Source: Vitrella brassicaformis CCMP3155 (Eukaryota; Protista; Chromerida). Taken from it: 64,000 nt of DNA. The position numbers were made by a program, and so were the translations under genes. The notes beneath the pieces are model-generated. The model searched no databases and was not told where the DNA came from. It saw only the letters and a list, made by a program, of their open reading frames with translations. Each line of letters begins with the position of its first letter. Position 1 is the stretch's first letter. The stretch is taken from contig CDMY01000947.1 in the NCBI GenBank assembly GCA_001179505.1, positions 1 to 64,000 on the forward strand, given 5' to 3'. Shown here in pieces: positions 1-15,048 of this stretch.

Positions 1-228
1 GACCACCCTTCATGATGCCATACATGGACAGAAACAACTTTGACTGACTGGCCAGTCCATCGGTCTTATTAAAGTAAAAGCACTCTTACTCTGGGACTTA
101 CCGCCCAGCAGATCCTCTATTCAGCTATCTACAGGAAAGGTCCTCACCGGCCTTTTCGCACATCGGGAAGGGCAGCGAAGCTGCCCGACGCTTCACTGGC
201 AGCTCAGCATCAGGGAGCGGGCTATGCC

Positions 229-360
229 ATGTAGGCGCCGATGTAGGCGCCGTGATATTGCCAATGGCGCCGATGTAGGCGCCGACACGTAGGCGCCGAG
301 ACGTAGGCGCCGACACGTAGGCGCCGTTGTATGGGCGTCGATGTAGGCGCCTACGTCGCT
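229..360. repeat. Short tandem array of the (T)AGGCGCC motif, 12-14 bp period
   Basis: TAGGCGCC at 232, 244, 276, 290, 304, 318 and 344, with degenerate copies near 265 and 333. The array ends in the near-palindrome CGATGTAGGCGCCTACGTCG. Confidence 0.9.
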
Positions 361-479
361 GATACATTTCTCCATCTCATCGCATCCATCCGTTCATCCA
401 TCCGTTCATCCATTCATTCATTCATTCCATGCCCGCGCTCACGTGTTTACCGGCGATGCGTAAACAGGCAGGATTCCCC

Positions 480-2984
<2,505 letters not shown>

Positions 2985-3229
2985 GACAGTAAGCTAGATG
3001 CTATACGTGTGTTTGGGCGCTCAGCTGACAATGTGCAGTCGTACTAGAGACGTGTGCACATGGCCATATGGATGAATGTGTCTTTGTTGGCCGACAACCT
3101 TTCGCTCACACACAAAGATTGATGGATTGGTTCCGCACTCTATATACACACGCACTGATCCATCTCACACACACATAAAAGCGTGGAAGAAACCACGTTC
3201 GTCTCATCTACATGCGAATCAATCACGAG

Positions 3230-5027
3230 TCAGCCGTCAGCCCCACTTCTCCCCCTGGCCAGGCTGGCAAATGCGATGGATATTCGGTCCCACACGGAGG
3301 GCTCAGACGGCCCCCGGCCAGCCACACCCACACCGACCCCATTGGACAGCGACGTCACCCGCACTGAGTCGAACGACACCTGACGCAATCACACCAACCA
3401 CAATGTCCATCCATCTCCGTCTGTCTGAATGCGTGTGTATGTGTGTGTGTGTGTGACCTTGCAGACTTCCTTGAGCGGCGAAGGCTTCAGTGCCGACGAG
3501 TTGAGGGGAGTTCCTGCTGAAAAGGGTGAGGAGGAAGGAGTGGGGGACGGCACAGGCGCGCTGGCCGACTGTGCCGATGCCGACGAGCCATTTATTGCCG
3601 TTGCTGGTGTGCCTCTCCTCGCCTCCATCAGCGTCTTGAACTTGTCCAGAGGCCGCAACTGCATTGCATCCACGGACGGACAACCCAATTCCACCGATGT
3701 CTGTGGAGACGGTCGTCTTCTCAGCCTGGCCTTCCCTCACCTGGCATGAGCTGGGGCAAGTGAGGTTGTGATCGACGATCCGCCGATTGAGCTCGTCAAC
3801 GGTGCGTTTGAACTGTTCCAGCTGCGACCTCCACCACCTCTCGGACATGTCCTCACGGCGACGCTCCGCAACACGAAGGGCCTCTCTGAATCAATGAACC
3901 GAACCGACGGAAGAAAAAGGACGATGGATATGGTGCCGTGCCGCGTGTGTGGTCATTGGTCATTGTGGCTGTGCCCCTCTGTGTCTTGTGTGTCCTACTT
4001 GGCGTTTTCGAGGTCCGTTTGGATGGACTTTTGGTTCTCGACCCAGTCGGGGGAGAAGCCATGATTTTGCATCATGTTGAAGGCCCACCTGACACACAAA
4101 GAGAGCACAAGGAAGATGCATAACAGACCCACAACCCACACACACACGCAGATGGCCGCCGTGTGTCCAACCACCCCACCCGGGCCCACCTGTCCTCAGC
4201 GTTGACGAAAGGGTTGTCGTAGCTGGTGAGTCTCTTCAGTGGTTTGCCCTTGTTGGAGAGCTTGTCAAACTCCCCCTCGGCCATGGCCATCTGGATCCTC
4301 GCCTCCACGAACGAGTTGAACTTGTCGAACTCCAGCTTGTCGGCATGCGGGTCAATCTGACACACATGAACGAACCACACATGCGACCCATTCGGCTGGG
4401 CTGTGCTGCGCTGTGTGCTGCATGCCCGCCTGTGGTCACCTCGTTTCGCCTCTTCCTTTCATAGTCGAGTGCGTGGCCCTGTGCCCTCGCGAGGCGGATC
4501 TTCTGCGCATTGCGCTCACGCTCATACGGGGTGCTGCCTGCAGCACCCACGAAGCAATCAGACAACACGCCGCACAACTGATGAAGGACAACTGACTGAC
4601 CTGGTGCCTCATTGTGAGTGAGCCAGCGCCTCTTGTCGATTCTGTTGCGGTCGTCGAGTTCTCTTTCCTTCTCGTCGACGAGTGGCTTTGTCTTGCGGCT
4701 GTCGTAGTGGTACTGCACTCGCTTCTTCAGTCGCACCTGGTGCTGCAGGTCCAATGCAATGCTGCAGACATACATAACACAGACAGAAATGAATGAGTGG
4801 ATCTATGCGTGCGTTCGTTTCTTTACCAACCTTGACACATGCATGTCTGCCAGCCGCTCGGCCTCTTCCTTGTCTGCATCTCCCGTTGCTGCCTTGGCGT
4901 CGTCTTGTGCGGCAGGAGCAGTGGGAGCCGACGAGTGAAAGGCGCCAAATGACGACAAACACGCCTCCTTTCTGCAGATCCGTGCCGCATCTCTCACGGC
5001 TCTCCCAACACTCGCGGACGCCCTCAT
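3230..5027 (-). CDS. DUF1992 (DNAJC28 C-terminal-like) protein with probable mitochondrial leader, multi-exon
   Basis: Exons encode FVEARIQMAMAEGEFDKLSNKGKPL, FNMMQNHGFSPDWVE and FKRTVDELNRRIVDHNLTCP, matching the DUF1992 pattern. The N-terminus is Arg/Ala/Ser-rich (MRASASVGRAVRDAARICR). The last exon and stop are inferred from splice phase. Confidence 0.75.
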
Positions 5028-5069
5028 TTCGTTTGCCTTCGTTGCTTGCGCGTTTGCGGGGCGATCGTT

Positions 5070-5077
5070 GCGAGCTT
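5070..5077 (+). promoter_or_regulatory. Candidate GCGAGCTW promoter motif between divergent starts (5027/5140)
   Basis: TTGCGAGCTTGA lies in the 112-bp interval. The same motif recurs in other divergent intervals. Function is inferred only. Confidence 0.5.
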
Positions 5078-5139
5078 GAAAGACAATCCCGCCGCGTTGT
5101 TTGCAGCCTCTGCGTGACCAAACAGGCTACACAGGCAAG

Positions 5140-5879
5140 ATGGGCAACAGGCAGTCTATCGAGGACAACATCTTCAACATGAAGCTCAAGTCCAAAGAGC
5201 TGGTCAGTCAGTCAGTCACCACGCGCACGAAACACATCTGATCTGTCCTTTCTTGACGCGCCTGTCACTCCTCCCGTCTTCTCTCTGTCTGTATGTTGGT
5301 TGCGTGTTGTCTGTCGACAGACGCGGATGTCGGCCAAGGCCGAGAAGGAGGAGAAGGAGGAGAAGACCAAGGTCAAAAAGGCCATCGAGAAGGGAAACAA
5401 AGACGGAGCCAGGTGCGGTGCCATGCGTGTGAGGGAGGGCACTCACACGCGGAAACGGGTGGTCGGTGCGCATACCGTCTTGGTTGTTTGGTTGGTGCTG
5501 TGCTATGTGACGTGACTGACAGGATCTACGCGCAGAATGCGATCCGGAAGAAGCACGAGGCGCTCAACTACCTCAAGCTCTCGTCAAAGATGGACGCGGC
5601 CGCCAGCAGACTCGACGCAGCCATCAAGTCGCAACAGGTACACACCACACAGCCACGCAACACCAGCATGTGCCTGCACACGCACTCCTGTATGGTGGGT
5701 GTGCGTGTGTGGATATAGATGACGAAGGACATCTACAAGGCCGTCCCTGGTTTGTCCAGGGCATTGGGCACCATGAACGTCGAGAGGATCAGCACCTCAA
5801 TGGACGCTTTCGAAAAACTCTTCGAAGACCTGGTGGGTATTCACCGAAGCACACATCACCACACCACACCACACACGCC

Positions 5880-5945
<66 letters not shown>

Positions 5946-6675
5946 GTCAGGATGTGCGTGCGGAGTACGTGACCAACGCCATCGACTCAACCACCGCATC
6001 AGCGACACCTGTCGACCAGGTACCTACACACACACACACCACATCAGAGGCAGGGAGGCAGTCAGCTAGTCTGTCTGATAATGACGGACATGGAGTGCCC
6101 CTCGAGCACTTCCACGATAGTGTACGGTTGAAGCGCCCATGTCCGAAAGAGTCCTCTAGGGCTGTCGAGCTCTGCTCCGCCCGTCACAGAGGCGTTTCCA
6201 TATCTCATGTCCCTTGGCATCATGCCCCACGGGCGCTGGACCACTGGGAAAAACCATGGAAACGACATCCCATACCCCTCTCTAACACAGTCACACACAC
6301 ACACACACGCACACACGTTCATGTTGCGCTTCGCATGTTCGCCATTCTGACACTCGTGTGTGCCGGGGTGGGGCGGGTGGTGTGTGTGTGTGTGTTGTCT
6401 GCTGTGTGCAGGTTGACCAGCTGATAGCTCAGGTGGCTGAGGAGCACGCCCTGGATGTGTCGGAGATGCTCAGCGACGCCCCACAGGGCAACCTCGCACA
6501 ACCTGCCAAAGTCCAGGTACACACACACACACACACGGACGCCAAAGCGAGCGGACAGGCACCACGAAAGGGTCCCTTGCTGCTATATCTGGTGTGTGTG
6601 TACGGTGTTCAGAACCCCGCCCAGCAGCAACCGGCCGACCCCCTGCAAGAACGGCTCAACAACTTGCGGACATGA
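5140..6675 (+). CDS. CHMP1: ESCRT-III subunit CHMP1/Did2/Vps46, multi-exon
   Basis: Exons encode [57 protein letters not shown]...[29 protein letters not shown] and [14 protein letters not shown]...[10 protein letters not shown], the typical CHMP1 sequence. Confidence 0.95.
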
Positions 6676-8448
6676 TTGGATTGAATGAGGGGCAGTGTCG
6701 TGGCTGGTGGGTTGGGTGTACGAGTGTATGTGTTTATTGAAGTGAAATTGCGACCGGGGCAGAGGAAGGGGGATGGACGAATGGCGAGGGCTACGCGTGT
6801 GATGTTGACGCGTGTGGTGGCTGAGGAAGAGGAAAGATGTGATCCGATGAGATGCGATTCGATGCGATGCTTTTTTGGCGGTGCCGTGCGGTGCCGGCGG
6901 ATGTCCTGATGGTTGTTGAGACGGTGATACGGGTCGGAATTGTGGCTGAGAGGTGTGACCGTGTTTGCTGCTCTCGGGTCTGCACGGGTCACGCCAGTCT
7001 GCTTACCAATGGAACGGCGAGCATGTCGACGTGGCTCGTCCGTGCACCAGAGCAGCAAACACCCACACATCCCCTGACTGACTGACTGACGGAAAGACAG
7101 ACACACAGTAAGGAATGCTCGCTCGCTATGACGACTTGACGTTCAGATGTGCAAGAGTGTCTGTCTGATCAAGCCTTGCATCGCGCATGCCTGCCGTTGA
7201 GTCGTTAACCAATCCGTTTGGCCAATTGAATGCATCAGTCAGTCATCAGTCGTGTCGCTTGGATAAATACCAAGTCACTCACTCACGCACAGACAGACAG
7301 ACAGACAGACAGACAGAGAGGGGGATGGCGTGAGATGCGATGATAAATACGGGCGGAGGTAGGCCGCAGCCAGCCAGCCAGCTGCTCTGTCTGTCTGTCT
7401 GGTGCACCTGACGCATGTGCACCCACCCACCATTTATTTCACACTGCACCAGCCACGGCTGGCTGGCCGCCACGTAAGAAAGAATCGAGTGTACTTCCCA
7501 CGCACGCAGATTGATTCATCAAGAAATACCAGAGAGAGAGACACACCACACATACAGGCAAGCAGCGGGCGAGCAAAGCAGCGGGCAACACAGAGAGGGA
7601 GCAAGACAGACAAATAGCCATCCACGCAGACAGAGTCAGAGTTGACGACGGACACAACCAGACAATCACTCGGTCAGACAGAGAGATATGCGACGAAGGG
7701 AGACAGACAGACAGAGCATAAAGCATTGCGTGCACAGCACGGCAGCGGCAGAAAACCGGGGCGATATTATTCCCTGGTCGATAATAATGATACAATCATC
7801 CCTGGTGACGTCTCCGCGTGCCCAACAGTACTGCGAACTGATTGCCGGCACACCCGTCGTCACGAGCATCCCGTCAACCGGTCTGCAGCGCCATTGGGAC
7901 CACACGACGTCACTCTGGGGGCGGAATGGGAAGCGATGCAGCAGCAAGACCCATAAGGGAAGGCGTGTGGTGTGCTTGCAGGCATGATATAGTAAGCCTG
8001 CAGGGGGGCAGAAAGCCCACATTCGTCAGTCAGTATGGATCAGACGTAGCGAATGGACAGACAGATGCGGAAACAGAGGCCAGGGTAGGGTGGGCTAGGA
8101 TACAGAGCTCGAGCCAACGAGCAGTCAGTCAGTGAGTCATTGACTAGGCCACAGTGGTATAGAGAGTTAAATCCATGTGTAATGGATGAATGGAAGAAGT
8201 GGTCCGTATGTGTGTGTGTGTGTGTGTGTGTATGGAGACAGACAGTGGATAGATAGCCAGCTGCCGAACACGTGTGCATCAAAACGGCACACGCACCGAT
8301 CAATCATCACATGTACACCACACTAGTCAGTCAGTCAGCGACATAGACATGCATGAAACAAATGCATCGACAGGTACACTCATACACACACAGAGGCAGA
8401 AAGACTCACGCACAGGCAGACAGACAGACAAACCAGGAGACGGGCAGA

Positions 8449-8481
<33 letters not shown>

Positions 8482-8991
8482 GGGGGGGATGCCTCGTGCG
8501 CGAGATGGCGGGCATGAAAACCCCTGCATAAAGGAGGACGAGAGGGACTGAGTATACACACACACGCAGACACGCACGTACACATACACGCATTCAAGCA
8601 CCGTATACCAATCACCATCACAATCGGAGTCACGAACCAACCAACACACCTTGTCAGTCAGTCAGTCAGCTAAATACCATCCATCCATCCATCCACCATA
8701 CCCGCGTCGCCACGTCACCAGGCAGACAGCAAAAAGGCTACCTGAGCTGCCTGATCTGTTCATTGATCTGTTTGCTCTCTGGCCCGGCGCGCGTGCGCGT
8801 GTGCGTGTACACGCATCCACGGAAAAAAGCCAATGCACTCAAAGACAGCCACACGGCCACACAGCCACACAGAGAAACCACAACATCCACCCACCCACCC
8901 ACCCCGTACCGGCTCTCCCTGTATACAAAACTCTGCTTATGGAAATCCATAAATGGACCAAGGACGGAGCACGGAGCATGGAGGCCGGCCG

Positions 8992-10600
8992 TCATGCGAA
9001 CGTCCTCGCCTTGTGCCATCCTCCGTGCCCATCCGCAAAGTCATCATCATCACCCGCCTCGTCGATCGCAATGACCCTCGATATCGCCCGCTCGATCGAC
9101 AGCGCCCTGCCGAGGCACCTGCGCATGTGGCCGTACTGGGTCTCCTCACTGTTTCGGCGCTTGGCACTGACGGAGGCCATGGGGGCCGTGATGCTCCTAA
9201 ACATGCTGCGTATCATCTCGTCTGAATCGGCCTCTGCCTCGGCCTCGGCCTCGGCGTCAGCATCGGCCTCTTCTGCTGCCGGTGGGCCACCGGCGTCGTC
9301 GCCCAGAGGCACGGCCGACAGGGCGGTGTGGGGGTTGCGGCCGCTGGACACCGCCGTCGACTTGGACAGACAATCGGCGAGGTCACTCTCATGTCTGTCG
9401 GCCGTCTCGGGCTCGTTCTCGTGCTCTGGGTGGTAGATGATGTCATGGTCAGTGAAGGACCCCTGAATGGGGTTGCCGACGGACTTGCTGCCGGCCACTG
9501 CTTCCTTGTCTTCTTCCGCCATTGCGTTTTTCCATGCCATGACGTCGGTGTCGCTGTGTCTCCTGCCGTCGCGGCGGCGGTGGGCCTCCTTTGGCGGCGA
9601 GAAGCGCTTGGTGAGGGGGGAGGTGATGGTCACGATGGCGTTGCTCAAGAAATCGGACATCTGCCGGACGAAGGACGACATGCCCTGGCCGATGGAGAGC
9701 AGCCGGACGGCACGCTTGGCATGCCAACTCGAGTTGGCCTCCAGCTGCAGACACACACATGCATACCCATCCATCCATCAGACCAACGGGCCTGCCGAGC
9801 CACCCGACGTACCTGTGAGTCGATGATGATGGAGCCGACCTGTGCGGCCGTGAGCGTCACCTCGCGAGACGGAGCGGCCTCCGATGCCAGGTCGTCCTGA
9901 CCACACACACAGACACACACACACACACACACGATACATGAGGGCATTAGGACGCCACGGGTGTGGTGTGGTGTGGTGTCTTGATAGCTCTGCGTACGTG
10001 CTGCATCATCTTGACGAACTCGGAGTAGTTGATCTTGCCGTCCCTGTTCCTGTCCAGGCTGCGCATCATTCGCTCAATGTCCAACTCCTACGATATATGC
10101 GCACAACAAATCCCACACACACAGACACAGACAGATCGGCCCCATGCATGGTATGCCCCGTGGTGTCTGTGAGAGTGCGGGCGTCTTGCGTACGTACGTT
10201 CCATTTGGGCCCCAGCACTTGTTTGAGGTCGTCCCGTGTGATCTCGCCGCGATTGTTGACATCGAACTTGCGAAACACCCGAGAAATCATGTCCTGACAC
10301 AGAACAGACAGACACGCCAACACGCAGTCAGTGCATGGGCACCGATTTCATGTGTGTCTGTCCTGTCGCTGGGCTCACTCACCTCGTGGAGCATGACCCG
10401 TGTGTGGAGCATGGAGGCGACGAACTCGCCGTACTCGATCTCCTCGTCGTGTGTGTCGTCGATGGTCTTGAAGATGGTCTCGATCTCACGGTCGCTGATC
10501 TCGAACCGCTCCTTCATGATGGCACAAAAATCATCAAACTTGATCGTACCACAACCTGCACCAGTCAACGTTGACACACAATGGATGGGAGATGCCCCTC

Positions 10601-10648
<48 letters not shown>

Positions 10649-11953
10649 TACCCTCTCTGTCGAAGGCCTGGAATATGTTTTGGATGGAGTCGATTTCGTC
10701 GGATGAGAGTGAGTACGCCAACACTGTCAGCACTGCTCGCTTCAGGTGGGTCGCACGCACAAACCTGACGACACAACCGCACACAGACACACACACACAA
10801 AGGGAGAGAGATGTGCAAGCATGCCACTCCCCCTCTCTCTCTCCCCCGCCCTGTCTGGCGTGTGTCGACGGCTGACTTTTTCATGTTGGTGAGTGTGTCC
10901 GAGGGGATCTCCCTGCTGCTGAGGGGGTTGGTGTTGTGGAGCCCCTGCAGCCATGGGTGGTGGATGGCCTGCTCCACCGTCAGCCGCTTCACAGGGTTGA
11001 GTAGCAGACACCGCCGGATGAAGTCCTTCCCCTCGGCTGACACGTCCTCCCACCTGCACACCCACAGAGAGGCCTCCCTGTGCGGGTGGTGGGGGTGTCT
11101 ATGTGTGTGTGTGTGTGTGTGTTGGTGTGGGTCGTACACTCTGCCCTCGAACGAGTAATGCCCCTTTGAGATTCTCCGGATGACCTCATCTCTGTTTTTG
11201 GAGTAGAAGGGGGGCTGGCCGCTCATGAGCATGTAGGCAATCACGCCCATCGACCACATGTCACACGCTGCACCACACACACGCACGCACACACACACGA
11301 TCAACATGGTCTGCACGAGCTGTATCTTCTCCTCTCCTCTCCACTCACCGCTCGTGTAGTGCTGGTGGGTCAGAACCCTTCATTTGCAACACACATGGAC
11401 ACAAGGACAGAGCAGTGAACATGAGCCAACATAGACAGCGTCGGTCGGTGCCTTTGTGTGCGTGTCCGTGCGCTGGTAGTACTCTGGTGCGATGTAGTAG
11501 ATGGTGCCCACGATCGACCTCGTGCTCTCGGGCACGTTGTGGAGCCGCATCGAAAAACCAAAATCAATCAGCTGTCCAGAACAGACACAAAAGGGGGAAG
11601 GACACCCAAACCAAATCGATCATACACGCCCATCCAAGTGTTCGCAGGCCCTACTCACCTTGAGGTTTGCGTGAGGCTCGGTGTGCTCATACAGCCAGTT
11701 CTCGAGCTTGAGGTCGCGGTGGACGATGCCGAACCTGTGCAGATACTGAACCGCCTGTCGAGGACACACACAGGTTCCTCTTCTCCCTGTAGCTTGTCGA
11801 GTGTTACCTTGAGCATCTGTAGCGTAGCTGTGGCGGCGTCGTATTCCGAGTAAGTCTCGGCAGATATGAGGCGATCGTACAGCTGGGCGCCCGAGCAATA
11901 CTCCATCACCAAATGGACCTCGCGGTCGTCCTGTGCATCGACACAACACACAG

Positions 11954-12003
<50 letters not shown>

Positions 12004-12431
12004 TATACCTCATAGATCTCCAGCAATCGTGCGATGTGCGGGTGGTCGAGCTTGCGGTAGAGCGTGGCCTCGTTGATCAGAATGGATATCATGTCCGCGT
12101 CCACACCATGCTTCTTGAACGACTTGACTGCACACACACACCAACGACACACCCACACAGTCACAGACAGCGAGGGCAAATCTCTCTCTCGTCCCTTCTC
12201 AGGCGCCAAGCGTCCTTTCGGCTCACCGGCGTATTTCTTGCGGCCGAGTTTGTCCGTGACGAGTATGACAGGTCCGGAGAAGCCGCTGCCGAGGATGGGA
12301 GCCTCATCTCGCTCGTATCTTTCCCAGATGTCACCACGGTACACACGCCCGACGTCCTTGAAGTGAACCCTGGTGGGCAGCGACAGCAAGTGCCGCTTCC
12401 TCTGACCACACACAGCTCCACAGTTGCCCAT
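8992..12431 (-). CDS. Calcium-dependent protein kinase (CDPK) with 4 EF-hands and long C-terminal extension, multi-exon
   Basis: Starts MGNCGAVC (myristoylation/palmitoylation-type). Kinase motifs LGSGFSGPV, YAVKSF, HRDLKLEN, LIDFG, GTIYYIAPE and DMWSMGV. EF-hands: AFDREG, TIDDTHDEEIEYGEF, KFDVNNRGEITRDDL, SLDRNRDGKINYSEF. Two further exons lead to the stop at 8992. Confidence 0.93.
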
Positions 12432-12462
12432 GCTGCGAAACCAAAAAAGGAACGCAGATCTT

Positions 12463-12590
12463 AGCTCGCATTCGAAACGCCTTCGTTTCACACGCCCTAA
12501 CCACATCAAGAAAAAAGGCGCTGCAGCGAAAGTCACAAAGACGTCTGTGAGCACCGCAACTGTCGCATGGCACGCACACGCTTAGCTCGC
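12463..12590 (-). promoter_or_regulatory. Two GCGAGCTA motifs in the CDPK/kinase divergent interval
   Basis: TTAGCTCGC with the core at 12463-12469 and 12584-12590. Confidence 0.5.
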
Positions 12591-12868
12591 CACTGGGTTA
12601 GGGAGGCGCGAAATCGATCAGCAGAGAGTCCAGCTCCGCATGCACAGCGCTGACGTGTTCAGAGTTGTGTTTCCTCGAGAGCTGTAGTGTCTGGGAGTTT
12701 GGTTGCCTCATCGGCCAATCTCTCCGCTTTGTCGGTTCGTGCGTCCGTCACCACGAGTCGCCCGTGAGGACTGCCCGGCGGCCCTCTGCAGCGCTTTCCT
12801 CTCTCCGGCGGCTCGGCCCTTTCACATCACACACACACTCTTAGCTAGTACTATCGGCGTGATACAGT

Positions 12869-15048
12869 ATGATGTCTTCGTTGGGGTTCGTCGACGGCAG
12901 CGGTGCCGTCGAGGGCTCAGAGGGTCGTGATGGCCACCAGGCGGCCCAAGACAAACCAATCAAAGTAAGTACGCAATATGTGCACTGGGTGGGTTTAGAA
13001 CAGAGAGACGACGGGGCGTGGGTGGGAAATGGCAGCCCTGCCAGCGGATGGGATGGACGACGGGTGACTGACGTCTCTCTCTCTGTCTACGTGTGTGTGT
13101 TTGGCGTGCACATTGCAGAAGTACGGCTCGTTTGACGACCTGCTCGGCAGCGGTGGCCTTGAAGTGGTCGAGGAGGCGGGCCGGGGCGGGTGAGCGAAGC
13201 CGTTCACATACACAGACAGACGGACAGAGGGACGGAGGGAGGGATTGCACCGATTAATTCACTGCATTCACTGCTCGTGAGGCTCACGAGTGAATGTGTG
13301 TGTGTCGTGTGTCGTGTGTGTGGGGGTGGGATGGGGTGTTGAGTTCAGGAATGGGTACGTGTTCAAGGTGGAGGTAACTTGGATGCCGGACACTTTCTTC
13401 GGTATCAAGGCCATCCCGCGCAACTACTTCAAGTGAGCAGAGCACCTGACCTGCGCCGTACGCACAGCGCAGTGCAAAGGGCCGACCCGCCCCGACGACC
13501 TGCAGGCAGGCAGGCCACTGACTGATTCTCTGTCTCTGTGATGTGTGTCTTGGTTGCTGCGTCGTGTCATCGCTTTGATTGGTGCGCCCGGTCAGCTTGG
13601 AGTCGTCCATGTGCAGCGAGAGTGAGTTCGTGGACAAGCACCGGCGGCTGTCGACCCGCTTCAAGAGGCTGGGCAACGTCTGCATGACCCACGACATCTC
13701 CATGGACGACGAGTACTTCTACATCAGGATGCAGTGGATGGACGGCGGCAACTGCGAGCTGCCACACAGACGCTCGGAGGACGACGCGCGACACATCGCC
13801 AAAGGCGCGCTCGAGGGACTCGCCAACCTGCACCAACACGACGTAAAGCATGCCATGTCACACACGGATGGATGTGATGTGATGTGATGTGTGTAGATCA
13901 CCCACTGTGACGTGTCCCTCCGCAACATCATGCTCAAGAGGAATCGGGCCAGCCTCGTGGACTTGGACGCCGCGCTGCTGCCGGGGATGCGCAGACACAC
14001 GGCCGTCTGGGGCACACTCAACTACACCGTATGCCACCCAGCCAACCACCAAACGCACACACATACACATATGAATGACATGGATGGGATGGCCCGTGTG
14101 TGTGGCTGTCTGTCTGTGCGTGCAATCACATAGGCACCAGCGCTACGACTACGGAGCTGCGAGTGACCTCTGGTCGATGGGCGTCGCCATGTGAGCACAC
14201 AAACAGACCACCACTGCACGCATTTGTCTCATTCAGTGCTCACCACTCGCCTCACGCCCTCTCTTTTGTGGATCGGTCAGCTACGTGATGCTGACTGGCT
14301 TTTACCCCTGGGTGTGTGACGACCTGGAGCCGCGGACGGTTAAGAACGCCCTGAGAGCAATGAAGCGGGTCAGTACGGCCGACAGATAGCGATGGAATGA
14401 ACGGCGCACACATGCCATGTGTGTGCAGGGTGTTCAGTTTCCCTACGCTGGCGTCTCCGACGAGGCCGTCGACCTGGTCCGCCGCCTGCTGACCTTTGAC
14501 AAACACAAACGCATCGCCTCGGGTGCGGTGTGCATTGTGTGAAGTGTTTTCCATCCGCAGTGCGTGTGTGCACATGTCTGTGTGTGTGTGTTGTCTTGTG
14601 TTGTCTTGCCGCAGCTGCCGAGGCCTTGTCGCATCCGTGGCTCCAGGAGGCAGTGCAAGCCTCGCCCACACAGGTCGAGCAGCAGCAGGAGCAGCCGCCC
14701 GACACGCACAATGTCGGCAGCGAGACCGACGAGACGGCCCAGCTCGGCCCCGCCCCCAGTCAGCCGGCCCGTCCTGACGCCCATCCCCCCTCCCGCCATG
14801 AGCATGTCGCGAACCGTCCGGCCGCCGGCTGTCGGGTGCGTCCCTCCGGCCAGACCATCTGGGTGCCCAAGGCCACACACACAGACCAACCAGCGGCCAG
14901 AGGACCACACAAGACGCCACGCAGGCGGGCTGGCAGACGTCACCCACAGCAGCAGCCACTGGCACAGAGGCGGTGGCAGCCCGTTAGGCAGGGAGGAGTG
15001 GCTGGCCCAGGGGAATCCGTTGATGCGCTCGATCTGTCACTCTGTTGA
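12869..15048 (+). CDS. Divergent CAMK-like protein kinase with a disrupted APE region (possible pseudogene or pseudokinase)
   Basis: In-phase exons give GRGGNGYV, FGIKAI, QWMDGG, HCDVSLRN, VDLD, WGTLNYT, DLWSMGV, MLTGFYPW, AVDLVRRLLTFDKHKRI and ALSHPW. The APE motif is out of frame at 14134-14140. Confidence 0.75.

Noticed and set aside
229-360. CRISPR-like array
   Set aside because: Repeats are 8-9 bp with 3-6 bp spacers, far too short. There are no cas genes and the context is eukaryotic.
340-365. Helitron 3' end (hairpin plus CTRR)
   Set aside because: The palindrome abuts CTGA without the usual spacing and no other Helitron feature is visible. Too weak to call.
125-375. ORFs 125-367 and 193-375 with repeated peptide motifs
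   Set aside because: They are simply translations of the TAGGCGCC array.
5670-6424. Many ORFs rich in CVCV/HTHT/LSLS runs across the window
   Set aside because: They read through intronic (GT)n, (CA)n and (CT)n microsatellites and are not real proteins.
9228-9268. (GCCTCG)n repeat as a separate element
   Set aside because: It lies in the CDPK last exon and encodes the AEAEAE run.
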